A stretch of 64,000 nt of DNA from a virus (Duplodnaviria; Caudoviricetes). The translations under genes and the position numbers were made by a program. The DNA lies in IMG/VR virus record IMGVR_UViG_2775506767_000005, positions 1-64,000 of that record. One strand, written 5' to 3'. The notes beneath the pieces are model-generated. The model had not been told where the DNA came from. It searched no databases and worked only from the letters and a program-made list of their open reading frames with translations. Every line of letters starts with the position of its first letter. Position 1 is the first letter of the stretch. Positions 1 through 8,533 of the stretch are shown piece after piece.

Positions 1-134
1 CTCTGTAGAGGGACTTAGGGATATTGGTGAACTGCACAACACGATTGAATTGCTTCAATCAGCCTGACGCTTAGCTGTAAGGGGCTTTTGATTGTCTATT
101 CGGAAGCCTGTTAGGACCGTGACAGGACAACCGC

Positions 135-1700
135 GTGGCACTACAGGACGCACCGTCGAATAACCCGAAATTGGTGAGCTATCAGCGCCCTGAGTTAGCG
201 GCTATTGCTCCAATGCTCATGCGGGCCAGGGATTGCTGGGATCTACTCCCTCGAGATCATGCGGAAGTCAGCCGCTCGGTGAGGTCACGATATCTACCCC
301 AGGAAGTCGGCGAACCTAAGGACGCCTACCACGGACGCATCGGACGCAGCTCATATCCATCCACTTATCGCGACGCTATCCGCTCTTTTGCCGGCCTCCT
401 GTCCCGGTTCCAGATGAGCGAACCCCCTACGACCCTCGAGGCATCTCAGAACGACGTCGATATGCGTGGCTCGAGCCTCCGCCGCTTCCTGTCAGACGTC
501 GACCAGTTTGTTTTGCGTGATGGAGCCGCGGCCATCCTCGTCGAGATGCCACCCGCTGATCCTGGTGTAACCAGCAAGATTGAAGAGATTAAATCTGGCC
601 GTCGTCCATACCTGATCGCCCTCGAGCGCTCGCAGGTCATCAACTGGCGATCACACCTAAGCGGTGGACGCGAGGTCCTGGACCTAGTCGTGGTGCGCCT
701 AGAGCAAGAGACCCCAGATGGTGACTATGGCAGCAAGACCGAGGAGGTCTTCATGGTCATGGTCCCAGGGGCCTACCGCAAGGTCTGCCTCAAGGTGACC
801 AAGGCGGGTCAATATATGGAGGAGGTTCTCGAAGAAGGACAGACAAGCCTTAGCGAGATTCCCCTCGTTTGGATTGGCGCCACAACCAACACGATCGGAT
901 CCTCTGACGTGGCCATGGATGCGTTAGCCCAGCTCAGCATCGAGCACATGCAGCTACGGAGTGACCTCGCAGAGCTCATTCATAAATGCGCTCTACCCGC
1001 TGGTGTTCGTATCGGTGACAGCCTGTTGCCTGATGGCTCACCCAAGCCGCTGACAATTGGACCGAACAGTGTCCTCGATCTACCCGAGGGCGGCGAGTTC
1101 AAGTGGGCCGAGATCTCCGGTGGTTCTTTGCAGCGTCACCAGGAAGAGGTGCTTCACGTCGAAAAGCTTATGAAGGAAGCCTCGCTCTCGTTCCTATGGG
1201 GCGATGGTGGCAATCGCACAGCAACCGAAGCGGCACTCGCCAGCTCGCAGGTGAGCTCACAGGTACGCGCATTGATCGAGGGGAAGCTCAGCGCATTCCG
1301 TCAACTCATGCACTTCTGGACCCAGTACAGCGGCGAGAAGCTTCATCCAGAGGCGGGAATCAGCCTGAGCGATTCATTGATCGGGAAACCGATGGAAGCG
1401 AATGACGTGGCCCAATTAACCAACCTGAACGTCAACGGATTGATCAGTCATCAGACAACCCTCGAAGAGCTGCAGCGCGGAGGAATTTTGGATCCTGACC
1501 TGAACGTCGAAGAAGAGATCGAACGCATTCGAGAAGAGAAAGAAGCGGCAGTCGAAGAAGCCCAGGCAATGATGGGCATGGGCGCCATACCTGCAAGCCC
1601 TACCGATCCGGCATCGTTCGCACCTGAGCCGACAGAGGGCACCGGAGAAGAAGTCAGCGGAGCAGAGGCCGAGAAAGACTTGGCCCGACAAGGTGGCTGA
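135..1700 (+). CDS. Phage portal protein (DUF4055/SPP1-like)
   Basis: 521 aa. Typical N-terminal 'RYLPQE.GEP.DAY.GR..RS.Y' segment, 'RPY...ERSQVINWR', and an acidic C-terminal tail. A GGAAGCCT box lies at 102. Confidence 0.85.
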   Translation: MALQDAPSNNPKLVSYQRPELAAIAPMLMRARDCWDLLPRDHAEVSRSVRSRYLPQEVGEPKDAYHGRIGRSSYPSTYRDAIRSFAGLLSRFQMSEPPTTLEASQNDVDMRGSSLRRFLSDVDQFVLRDGAAAILVEMPPADPGVTSKIEEIKSGRRPYLIALERSQVINWRSHLSGGREVLDLVVVRLEQETPDGDYGSKTEEVFMVMVPGAYRKVCLKVTKAGQYMEEVLEEGQTSLSEIPLVWIGATTNTIGSSDVAMDALAQLSIEHMQLRSDLAELIHKCALPAGVRIGDSLLPDGSPKPLTIGPNSVLDLPEGGEFKWAEISGGSLQRHQEEVLHVEKLMKEASLSFLWGDGGNRTATEAALASSQVSSQVRALIEGKLSAFRQLMHFWTQYSGEKLHPEAGISLSDSLIGKPMEANDVAQLTNLNVNGLISHQTTLEELQRGGILDPDLNVEEEIERIREEKEAAVEEAQAMMGMGAIPASPTDPASFAPEPTEGTGEEVSGAEAEKDLARQGG

Positions 1701-1954
1701 TGGATAAAGATTGGATCAAGTACCTGGTTGCAGGCGTGGTTATATCGACCGCGCTTTGTGGTGTAAGCCTTTTTGTTGGATGCACATTCGGCAGCGCTAA
1801 CGGCAAGGTCTGCGAGAACGGCACAGACAGAAGCCTGTCAATCCTCACAGGATTATTGACGACCTGTATCTCGCTGGCGGTTCGGATGGATGTCCTCGAT
1901 TCAGCTAAGGAACCACCTAGGAAGCCGACTTCCCGAACCTCTGCACGCCAGTAG
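1700..1954 (+). CDS. Small two-TM membrane protein (holin-like candidate)
   Basis: 84 aa with two hydrophobic stretches and a basic C-terminus. Translationally coupled to the portal stop (TGATG). Confidence 0.55.
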   Translation: MDKDWIKYLVAGVVISTALCGVSLFVGCTFGSANGKVCENGTDRSLSILTGLLTTCISLAVRMDVLDSAKEPPRKPTSRTSARQ

Positions 1955-2105
1955 GCCAGACAAGGCCATCGATTCCCCTAGGAGCTCCGGCAGGAGCCCA
2001 GGGCAGTTGGATGGTCGATTCACTTGTGCGGACCTGATGCACATTTCCCGCAGTAGTTGACTGCGAGGTGACTGCATGAGTGCCGCTGAGATCTACTAAG
2101 GGCAT
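1917..2105 (-). CDS. Small partner protein of paralog cassette 1
   Basis: 62 aa, starts 2 nt after the stop of 2108..2983. C-terminal 'RGIDGLVWP' resembles the 'TGxVYP' ends of the 3021 and 6290 ORFs. Confidence 0.6.
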   Translation of the reverse strand: MPLVDLSGTHAVTSQSTTAGNVHQVRTSESTIQLPWAPAGAPRGIDGLVWPTGVQRFGKSAS

Positions 2106-2107
2106 GA

Positions 2108-2983
2108 TCAGGCGTTCATGTTGGGATTAACTGAGCCGGCATCAAGTAGAGCCACCGCACAGCCGTTTTGATCGCCGAGCTGGATGTAGTAGGTCCCGTC
2201 GATGATTCGAGTGTTCAGCGTGCTCGAACCGTTTGAATTCCATTCCAACCTCGCGAGGCTGAAGTCCTCAAGGGTTGAGACATCGGCTTGGCGCCACTTA
2301 ATGATTGAGCTGGCCTCATCGTGAATATGTAGCTCGCCATGAGTGATCACAGGCGTGGCGTTTGAGTGGTTGCCGTGAGCGTGAGAAACCTCCCCGAAGC
2401 CCATCTCCTTATCGCCGCTTGCGACCCTCATCTGATCAGCTCCCCACACGGGATAAATGCTGTTGTAATAGGGGCCGAAGGTTGCGCTCGTGGCAGATCC
2501 GGATGTCCTGTAGGAGTTCTCTCCAGGGAAGAGGGCCTGGGTCTGACAGACGCCAGCCGTTGTGCGAGTGACGATCATGTATGAGTCGTTGTCTTCGTCT
2601 GACTGCCAGAACTCAACACCTCCCAGCGTTGCGTCAGGCAGAAAGCCGCTGAAGTTTTGGAGAGGAGTGGTATTTGTTCCTACTGCGTTGATGTCGCCAG
2701 CCCGACCGTTAAACCAATTAGCAGAAGCGCTCGAGATGGCATTAGACAGCCTGAAGTTCCAAAGGAGCGTCTGAGAGGCGCCTTCGTAGGTTGTGACCGT
2801 CTTCTCCAGGCGCCAATAGTTGTGCTCGTTCGAAGTTGAGTTACCTGTTCGTTCTGTAACCGTCCAGCCGCGGCCAGTTAGCCACGAGAAGATCTCGGCC
2901 CATTGCTCGTAGCGCTTCGAGTCGGCGTAGCCACCTGACGCCTGGGTCACGACGGTGCTGGTGTGGATCTTCGACCAGGTCAT
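2108..2983 (-). CDS. Unknown T/S/G/N-rich protein, paralog family member 1 (probable virion protein)
   Basis: 291 aa starting MTWSK. Shares 'WL..RGW', 'FW.SD.D.DS' and 'IDG.YYI..G...LL..G.V.P' with 3206..4060 and 6571..7404. AGGAACCCTG box at 3006-3015 (minus). Confidence 0.75.
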   Translation of the reverse strand: MTWSKIHTSTVVTQASGGYADSKRYEQWAEIFSWLTGRGWTVTERTGNSTSNEHNYWRLEKTVTTYEGASQTLLWNFRLSNAISSASANWFNGRAGDINAVGTNTTPLQNFSGFLPDATLGGVEFWQSDEDNDSYMIVTRTTAGVCQTQALFPGENSYRTSGSATSATFGPYYNSIYPVWGADQMRVASGDKEMGFGEVSHAHGNHSNATPVITHGELHIHDEASSIIKWRQADVSTLEDFSLARLEWNSNGSSTLNTRIIDGTYYIQLGDQNGCAVALLDAGSVNPNMNA

Positions 2984-3020
2984 GAGAGCCGCTGCTTTGC
3001 TGCTCCAGGGTTCCTAAGAC

Positions 3021-3206
3021 CTAGCGGAAGAGTGGGTAGACAATCCCTGTAGTCGGTGGGGGGTTGGTGTTAAATCCGACGCTGATCGAGAGGAGGCCAC
3101 CATTAGGGGCCACGGTGGGGACAACAGGGAGGCTGACCAGATCAGCTCCAGGGTCAACAGTGGCGGAGAGGGCTACAGAGACCCCAGAGAATGTGATTAA
3201 TGCCAT
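3021..3206 (-). CDS. Small partner protein of paralog cassette 2
   Basis: 61 aa coupled to the upstream stop (TGATG). Ends 'PPPTTGIVYPLFR'. Confidence 0.6.
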   Translation of the reverse strand: MALITFSGVSVALSATVDPGADLVSLPVVPTVAPNGGLLSISVGFNTNPPPTTGIVYPLFR

Positions 3207-4060
3207 CAGACCTGAGGATCAACAGTGCCGGTGTTGAGGAGAAGCTTGTTAGCACTCGTACCGATAGCGATGTAGTAATCACCATCGATCAGCATTGTGT
3301 TCGCGTCCTGCAGAACTGCCAAGCCTGTGCGATCCCTGACCGAGACAATCGAGGCGACGTCGTTTGTCGTAGTCATGAAACAAGGAGACTTCGAGGAGCC
3401 AGTCCCTGATGCAACAGAGGCGAAGTTCACCTTGTAAGAGGCGGGAGCGAATGAAGTGGAGTATGAGTCCGAGCCCGTCTCGATCTGGTTGGTCGTAGTG
3501 GACGCGCTAACGGCGCTGATCCACCAATTCTTGCCGGCGCTAGGGAATAAGGGAGCGTTCTTCGAGGGATATTGAGTCGTCCAGTCGGCAGCGGGGTGAA
3601 TCGAACCCGTGGGAGGCATGAACCCGATGATGCCTCGGTTGATGCCAGTGGAGAGGATCAGGAAGCTGTCGGTGTCCTGGTCGCTCGTCCAGAACTCCCA
3701 GTTGCCTTCGATCTCATTGCCCAGGGCTGAAATGAATGCCTGAGCAGGGGCGTCAGTGTCGGCATCGATGCCGCTGTCCCAAGTCGCCCATCCGATGTCC
3801 TCGGCACCGCTGGGGTCGTGGATGACGACCACCCGATGAGCGTAGAAAGAGTTGTCGATGCACTGAATACTTTTCTCAATCCACCATCGATATAGCCCGT
3901 CACTTGCATTGGGTTGAGTAGCGGCCGTCGTACAGGACCAACCACGAGAAGGAAGCCAAGTGTCAAAGAGCTCGTCCATTGCCGCGACATAGCTCGTGCC
4001 GCTGTCTGTATCCACATCGAGGACCGGGTTGGCTGAGGTGTACTGCTTCGACCAGGTCAT
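3206..4060 (-). CDS. Unknown protein, paralog family member 2 (probable virion protein)
   Basis: Start moved to ATG at 4060 (MTWSKQY) by homology to member 1 and by the CGGAATCCT box at 4081-4090 (minus). Confidence 0.75.
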   Translation of the reverse strand: MTWSKQYTSANPVLDVDTDSGTSYVAAMDELFDTWLPSRGWSCTTAATQPNASDGLYRWWIEKSIQCIDNSFYAHRVVVIHDPSGAEDIGWATWDSGIDADTDAPAQAFISALGNEIEGNWEFWTSDQDTDSFLILSTGINRGIIGFMPPTGSIHPAADWTTQYPSKNAPLFPSAGKNWWISAVSASTTTNQIETGSDSYSTSFAPASYKVNFASVASGTGSSKSPCFMTTTNDVASIVSVRDRTGLAVLQDANTMLIDGDYYIAIGTSANKLLLNTGTVDPQV

Positions 4061-4121
4061 GGCGATTGTCTGACTGGCCAAGGATTCCGAACCGGAAGCC
4101 TGAAGGGTCAGCATTCGAACC

Positions 4122-4202
4122 ATGCCAACCACCTACAACATCAAGACAGGCAAGGCCACTAAGAAGCCTTACAAGAAGGGCTCAAAAGGGGGTAAAAAAT
4201 AA
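4122..4202 (+). CDS. 26-aa Lys-rich basic peptide
   Basis: MPTTYNIKTGKATKKPYKKGSKGGKK. Follows the GGAAGCCTGA box at 4094 and is TAATG-coupled to the next ORF. Not in the ORF track. Confidence 0.55.
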   Translation: MPTTYNIKTGKATKKPYKKGSKGGKK

Positions 4203-4360
4203 TGGCCGCTAAGAAGGGCTTATACGCGAATATCGCGGCTAAAAAGCGCCGAATTAAGGCCGGCGCTGACGAGAAGATGCGCAAGCCTGGGAGCAAGGGA
4301 GCACCCAAGGCGAGCGACTTCAGGGCAGCAGCCAAGACCGCTAAGAAACGGCGGAAGTAA
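4202..4360 (+). CDS. 52-aa Lys/Arg-rich basic protein
   Basis: MAAKKGLYANIAAKKRRIKAGADEKMRKPGSKGAPKASDFRAAAKTAKKRRK. TAATG-coupled on both sides. Resembles small basic proteins common in marine phages. Confidence 0.7.
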   Translation: MAAKKGLYANIAAKKRRIKAGADEKMRKPGSKGAPKASDFRAAAKTAKKRRK

Positions 4361-4626
4361 TGGCGAAGAAAGACCCGCGGCTTGAGAGGGCTGGTGTCAG
4401 TGGCTATAACAAGCCGAAGCGCACCCCAGGCCATAAGACCAAGTCGCATGTAGTCGTTGCGAAGGATGGCGCCCAGATCAAGACCATCCGCTTTGGCGAG
4501 CAAGGTGCCAAGACAAACCAGAACGCCGCACAACGGGCAGCATTCAAGTCGAGGCACGCCAAGAACATCGCCAAGGGGAAGATGAGCGCGGCCTACTGGG
4601 CTAATCGCACGAAATGGAAGGCTTAA
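4360..4626 (+). CDS. Basic putative DNA-binding phage protein
   Basis: 88 aa with 'GYNKPKRTP.H.TKSHVV.AK.G...K.IRFG.QG' and 'F..RH..N..KGK.SAAYWA....W', recognisable as a widespread marine phage family. Confidence 0.75.
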   Translation: MAKKDPRLERAGVSGYNKPKRTPGHKTKSHVVVAKDGAQIKTIRFGEQGAKTNQNAAQRAAFKSRHAKNIAKGKMSAAYWANRTKWKA

Positions 4627-4631
4627 GCCAT

Positions 4632-4670
4632 GTTGCACCTGTTGACACTCTGAGCGATCAGGGTTAGAAC
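4632..4670 (+). promoter_or_regulatory. Sigma70-type early promoter with GTTGCAC box (copy 1)
   Basis: GTTGCAC-ctg-TTGACA-17 bp-TAGAAC. The spacer contains CTGA-gcga-TCAG. Confidence 0.7.
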
Positions 4671-4691
4671 AGGTGTATTAAACACAGACTC

Positions 4692-4856
4692 ATGGACATC
4701 TCCAGGCAAATTGAAACCGGATCCACCCAAGACCTGCTGGACGACCTGATCGAACTCAGCAAACAGCAGGTCAACGAAAGGCACTCCCTTCACGGGTATT
4801 ACAGGGCCGGCGTGATCGATGACATCAAGGCCGAGCTAAATCGCCGCGCCGCCTGA
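4692..4856 (+). CDS. Hypothetical early protein, 54 aa
   Basis: MDISRQIETGSTQDLLDDLIELSKQQ..., directly after the promoter. Not in the ORF track. Confidence 0.55.
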   Translation: MDISRQIETGSTQDLLDDLIELSKQQVNERHSLHGYYRAGVIDDIKAELNRRAA

Positions 4857-4920
4857 TCCTCACGCTTTTGGGGCAAGTAGCTTGTACGTGTTCGAACCCA
4901 TTCACCCTCCGAACAAGATA

Positions 4921-5082
4921 ATGTCTTACGCCGATGCTGTGTTGGAGCAGATCTCAAAACTGCGCGAGACTCGCCTCGAAATGGTTGTCGAGGGCAAGAC
5001 CACGCAGGCTGAATATTTGCAGCGCCAGATAGTCAAGCTTTACGACCGATACCTAGCACTAACTGGAGACGTCAACTTATGA
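4921..5082 (+). CDS. Hypothetical protein
   Basis: ATG start MSYADAVLEQ. ATGA-coupled to the next ORF. Confidence 0.5.
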   Translation: MSYADAVLEQISKLRETRLEMVVEGKTTQAEYLQRQIVKLYDRYLALTGDVNL

Positions 5083-5333
5083 GTAATGGATTGCTGAAGG
5101 GCATTGGAGTCGGGGCCACGCTTGCCGTGGCGCTCTTGATTCCATTCCCGATTTTGCTCCTAGGCGGAGTGCTCTATCTCTCCTCAAAGGCTAAGCCTGA
5201 GCCGCCTCCAGAGCCCGAGTCCTGCCCTCTTACCGCCGAAGAGATGGCCGACCTTGTTCAATTTGCCGAACTGATCGACAGAGCTCCGAACCCGCAAGCG
5301 GCCGAAGCACTGATCGAGGAGTTCTACGTCTGA
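5079..5333 (+). CDS. Hypothetical membrane protein
   Basis: N-terminal hydrophobic helix, Pro-rich linker, acidic C-terminus. Confidence 0.55.
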   Translation: MSNGLLKGIGVGATLAVALLIPFPILLLGGVLYLSSKAKPEPPPEPESCPLTAEEMADLVQFAELIDRAPNPQAAEALIEEFYV

Positions 5334-5559
5334 ACAGCGACCCGCTGAGTTCTTGTCGGGCGTTGAAAATGTCATGAGTGCTAAACAGTTATAAATTTTT
5401 TTAAAAATTCCATATCAGCGAAATGGCAGCCCTGGACTGGCTTTAGCCAAGGGCCAGTAATTACGCGCCGCTGCTGTTGTGACTTATGCGATACCTGTAA
5501 CTGGATTCATACCTAGTATTTCGACCTGCATACCCCTCGAGGTCCATTTGAAGAGAGTG

Positions 5560-6018
5560 ATGGTCACGATGAAGGACGAGTGCGCAGCAATGCTTAAGGC
5601 CTATGCGTCACTTTTCCAGGTGACTCAGGGAGAGGTTCTGTATGAAGCAGCTCGCTCTCACATCCACGGACATGCTTGGGCTGGATGCAAGGGCACTTGC
5701 GCTCTGCTCGACATGAACGGGATCGCGCTAGACAAAAGAGCAAACAAGGAGTGCTACGGCTTCGCCTGCAAAGCGTGCAAGCACAACAAAGCTTGTCGCA
5801 TAGGTCAGCACGAAGGCAGTTTTGAATGCGACGCAAGATGGGAGAAGCTATTGGCAGACGAGCCGGTCGCCCAGGAGGTTGTTGATCTACCGCCTGCGCA
5901 TCCCGTCGCCAACGTTGATTCAAGCCATTCTTCGGGGGCTCACTTGCCTCGACCTGCCGGTCGAAGTGAAGGGATGTCACCTCATATCGATGAGCTATTC
6001 AGTCGACATAGAAAGTAA
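5560..6018 (+). CDS. Cys-rich hypothetical protein, possible ribbon-helix-helix plus Zn-binding regulator
   Basis: N-terminus 'MVTMKDECAAMLKAYA......QGEVLYEAAR' is RHH-like, followed by CxxxC and CxxxxCxxCxxxxxC clusters. Start uncertain. Confidence 0.45.
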   Translation: MVTMKDECAAMLKAYASLFQVTQGEVLYEAARSHIHGHAWAGCKGTCALLDMNGIALDKRANKECYGFACKACKHNKACRIGQHEGSFECDARWEKLLADEPVAQEVVDLPPAHPVANVDSSHSSGAHLPRPAGRSEGMSPHIDELFSRHRK

Positions 6019-6111
6019 TCGTTACAAAACTTAATTGCGTCGGATATTGGCTTGCAGGCGTTGAACAGAGGTTGCTACTCAGTAAATTGAGTCAGAACAA
6101 CAGTCAACTAA

Positions 6112-6288
6112 ATGTTTCTTACCTGCAGCATCGCAAGCGCCGCCCAGATCGCAAAAACCCCTGTCTATATAGCCGACAAAGGTTCTAATGTTCCGCATTC
6201 CGTTTACATCGACGGGAATGTCGAAGAGCTTCTCGATCCTCCGGACCTAAGTGTTGTGGCCACGGGAAGTCCGCAGGTGATTGATTGA
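6112..6288 (+). CDS. Possible 58-aa hypothetical protein
   Basis: Open frame MFLTCSIASAAQIAKTPVYIADKG... fills the gap before the convergent 6290 ORF. Confidence 0.3.
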   Translation: MFLTCSIASAAQIAKTPVYIADKGSNVPHSVYIDGNVEELLDPPDLSVVATGSPQVID

Positions 6289-6289
6289 A

Positions 6290-6571
6290 TCAACTAATAC
6301 GCCTGGGGTAGACATATCCCGTCTTAGGCCTGGGCCTTGGCCTGAATGGTCCTAATAGCAACAGCGTAACGTTCCTGATGGCCTGCGCCCTAATCAAAGG
6401 ATCATCGTAATCGATGAATACCGGAGGGAATAACGAAGACGCGAGAAGGTTTGACTTCAGTGCTAGGGGGTAGAGCTGACCTCTGCCAGCCGCACTATTG
6501 AAGCCCGTAGCGCTAGTGGCCGTGGGCGCCTGCAGTAAGAAGTCTTGGCCGCCAATGTTGACAATAGCCAT
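6290..6571 (-). CDS. Small partner protein of paralog cassette 3
   Basis: 93 aa, TGATG-coupled, ends 'RPRPKTGYVYPRRIS'. Confidence 0.6.
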   Translation of the reverse strand: MAIVNIGGQDFLLQAPTATSATGFNSAAGRGQLYPLALKSNLLASSLFPPVFIDYDDPLIRAQAIRNVTLLLLGPFRPRPRPKTGYVYPRRIS

Positions 6572-7404
6572 CAGTTGAACGTCCCTACGTCTACGAGGCC
6601 GGTGTCCAGGAGGATGCTTCTAGAGGACAACGGATACAGGTCCAAGTAGAACTTACTTCCGATCTGCAACGAAGCGGCACTGTTGGCGCCCATAGTAAAA
6701 CTTGAGCTGTTCGTTCCGTTGATCTTCAAAAGCATGTCCGAGAGATCGTTGGCTGCAACGGTGCCGGCGTTAGTGGTATTGGCCCAAGTAAAATTAGGGG
6801 TCAGGAGATAAGAGTCTCCCGCGAGGCTGCTGCCTCCCAAGTTCGCATACATCGCGCCAAGGGACTGAGCCCAGGCGTGGGCGTTGTCGTGGGTGACCAA
6901 CGACGGCAGCAGTTCAGGCTCCATAGTCGATGTGATTATCTGACTGGCAGGGAATACGTGGGAACACAACCTGTCCCCGTCAGCGAATACCATGAAAGCA
7001 TCGCTACTCTCGTCTGTTTCCATCCATCTCCAGGTCTCAGTGTCGGTCTGCCCGACGCTGCCGTTACTTGTAAAAAGGAGATAATCGCTAGTACTAGCGC
7101 CCTCGCCAGCCACCCCAGTCCACGGATAAGTCGCAATATATCTGTAGTTGAATATCAACTCGATAATGAAGTTGTACTCGTAGGTCGCACCGAACGCATT
7201 GGTGAGCGTTTTCTTGACTCCATAGAACTTTGAGTTGGCATTGGTCCCCATTACGCCAGTAGTTATTGCGCCCATCTCATCCTCAGTGACGGTGTAGCCC
7301 TTGGTCGGGAGGAACGTCTCGAAGTGATACTCCCAGGGAGGTAAACCGGCTGACAGGGTTGCGGCCGTTGTGAAGGTCTGGGTGTGAGCGATCGTCCACG
7401 TCAT
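6571..7404 (-). CDS. Unknown protein, paralog family member 3 (probable virion protein)
   Basis: Start moved to ATG at 7404 (MTWTIAHT) by homology and by the TTCGGAACACTG box at about 7429-7440 (minus). Confidence 0.7.
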   Translation of the reverse strand: MTWTIAHTQTFTTAATLSAGLPPWEYHFETFLPTKGYTVTEDEMGAITTGVMGTNANSKFYGVKKTLTNAFGATYEYNFIIELIFNYRYIATYPWTGVAGEGASTSDYLLFTSNGSVGQTDTETWRWMETDESSDAFMVFADGDRLCSHVFPASQIITSTMEPELLPSLVTHDNAHAWAQSLGAMYANLGGSSLAGDSYLLTPNFTWANTTNAGTVAANDLSDMLLKINGTNSSSFTMGANSAASLQIGSKFYLDLYPLSSRSILLDTGLVDVGTFN

Positions 7405-7479
7405 CGGGTCGGTCCTTAAGCGATGCCCCAGTGTTCCGAAATCGGGCCGGTAGCCTGTAAGTGTTCTAACAGCTATAAA

Positions 7480-7809
7480 ATGAATCTGATCGAACATCTG
7501 CAGCTCTACGAGTGCCACCTAATGGCCGAGGAGACCAGCCACGACGAGCTTGTCGCCCTAAATAAAGGCTTACCCTCTGATGTTCACTTGGTCCGCTACT
7601 GGCCCAAAAAGGCTGCGAGAGAGGAGCAGGCGAAATCCGCTGATGTACTCGTCGAAGACCTGATTGCTGTTAGCGGCATTCGTGCCTACAAGATGGCCGA
7701 CATTTTTGATGCCTTGTGCGATGCCGGATACGAAGTGATCGAAATCGCTCAGGGGTATGGCCGAATCCGCCCGAATCTTTTTGGTGTTCAGGCGCAACCC
7801 GAAGAGTGA
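7480..7809 (+). CDS. Hypothetical phage protein
   Basis: ATG start MNLIEHLQLYECH. Resembles cyanophage hypotheticals ('LP.DVHLV.Y', 'D.FD...D.G..V..I..GYG...P'). Confidence 0.6.
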   Translation: MNLIEHLQLYECHLMAEETSHDELVALNKGLPSDVHLVRYWPKKAAREEQAKSADVLVEDLIAVSGIRAYKMADIFDALCDAGYEVIEIAQGYGRIRPNLFGVQAQPEE

Positions 7810-7940
7810 ACCACTATTTCGCAATTTTCTTGCTCGGTTTTTGCGCCTTTATGGTCGGCGTGGGATGGAGTGTCTACTACGTCATAAATCTCGCAAATGT
7901 CGAGGAGCCGGGGTGTATTCATCCTGGCCGGCACAAGTGA
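7806..7940 (+). CDS. Small single-TM protein, 44 aa
   Basis: GTG start overlapping the previous stop (GTGA). MNHYFAIFLLGFCAFMVGVGWSVYYVINL... Confidence 0.45.
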   Translation: MNHYFAIFLLGFCAFMVGVGWSVYYVINLANVEEPGCIHPGRHK

Positions 7941-8124
7941 TCTCTCTTCTATTTCCTTACTTTGCGCACGTCTATATGCAAGTACCTGTCAGCGATAGCG
8001 ATGATGAAATGCCCGCCCCTCTCAGCGTTGGGATGGGCGAGCCTGGCTGGGCAGAGCGTCAACTACGAGCTGACAGAGGAGATTGCAGCTCGGAAGACTC
8101 ACAGGCCTTAACGAATTCACTTCC

Positions 8125-8229
8125 ATGCCTTCCGCCGAAATCATTAACGGTCGCCTCGCCATGATCGGCATCGTTGCCGCAATTGGCGCTTACAGCCTTA
8201 CGGGTCAGATCATCCCTGGCCTTTTTTGA
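8125..8229 (+). CDS. hli: High-light-inducible protein (Hlip/Scp)
   Basis: MPSAEIINGRLAMIGIVAAIGAYSLTGQIIPGLF carries the ExxNGRxAMxG chlorophyll-binding motif and the TGQIIPG tail typical of cyanophage Hlips. Missed by the ORF track. Confidence 0.93.
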   Translation: MPSAEIINGRLAMIGIVAAIGAYSLTGQIIPGLF

Positions 8230-8237
8230 GCCTGGCT

Positions 8238-8277
8238 AGTTGCACGAGTTGACAGCTTGGGGTATCTCGTGCATACT
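8238..8277 (+). promoter_or_regulatory. Sigma70-type early promoter with GTTGCAC box (copy 2)
   Basis: AGTTGCACgagTTGACA-17 bp-CATACT, bracketed by the inverted repeat TGCACGAG...CTCGTGCA. Confidence 0.75.
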
Positions 8278-8299
8278 TAACTCATACGCAACCAACTCC

Positions 8300-8533
8300 A
8301 TGACACGCATCGAACTCGCCACCGATTGCCCCAACTACTACATCCTCACCACTGAGAAGGGCAAGACCGTCGAGGTCATGATGCCCACCTACGGCGGTTG
8401 CCACGTCTACATCAAGCAAAACGGCGGGCGACGCTACAGCTACGGAAAAGCTTTCGGCTCGATCGCCCAGGCTGCTGAAAGCTACAAGCGCCAAGACATC
8501 AAAAGCGCTCTCTACGCTCTCGCCGAGGCTTGA
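8300..8533 (+). CDS. Hypothetical early protein, 77 aa
   Basis: ATG at 8300 (MTRIELATD). The leader 'tcatacgcaaccaa' is shared with the 59456 ORF. Confidence 0.6.
   Translation: MTRIELATDCPNYYILTTEKGKTVEVMMPTYGGCHVYIKQNGGRRYSYGKAFGSIAQAAESYKRQDIKSALYALAEA

Noticed and set aside
6571-7518. Upstream-extended starts given by the ORF track (7518, 4132, 13268, 16131, 37672, 59396 and others)
   Set aside because: The extensions run through promoter boxes or preceding genes. Paralog alignment and box spacing support the later starts reported.
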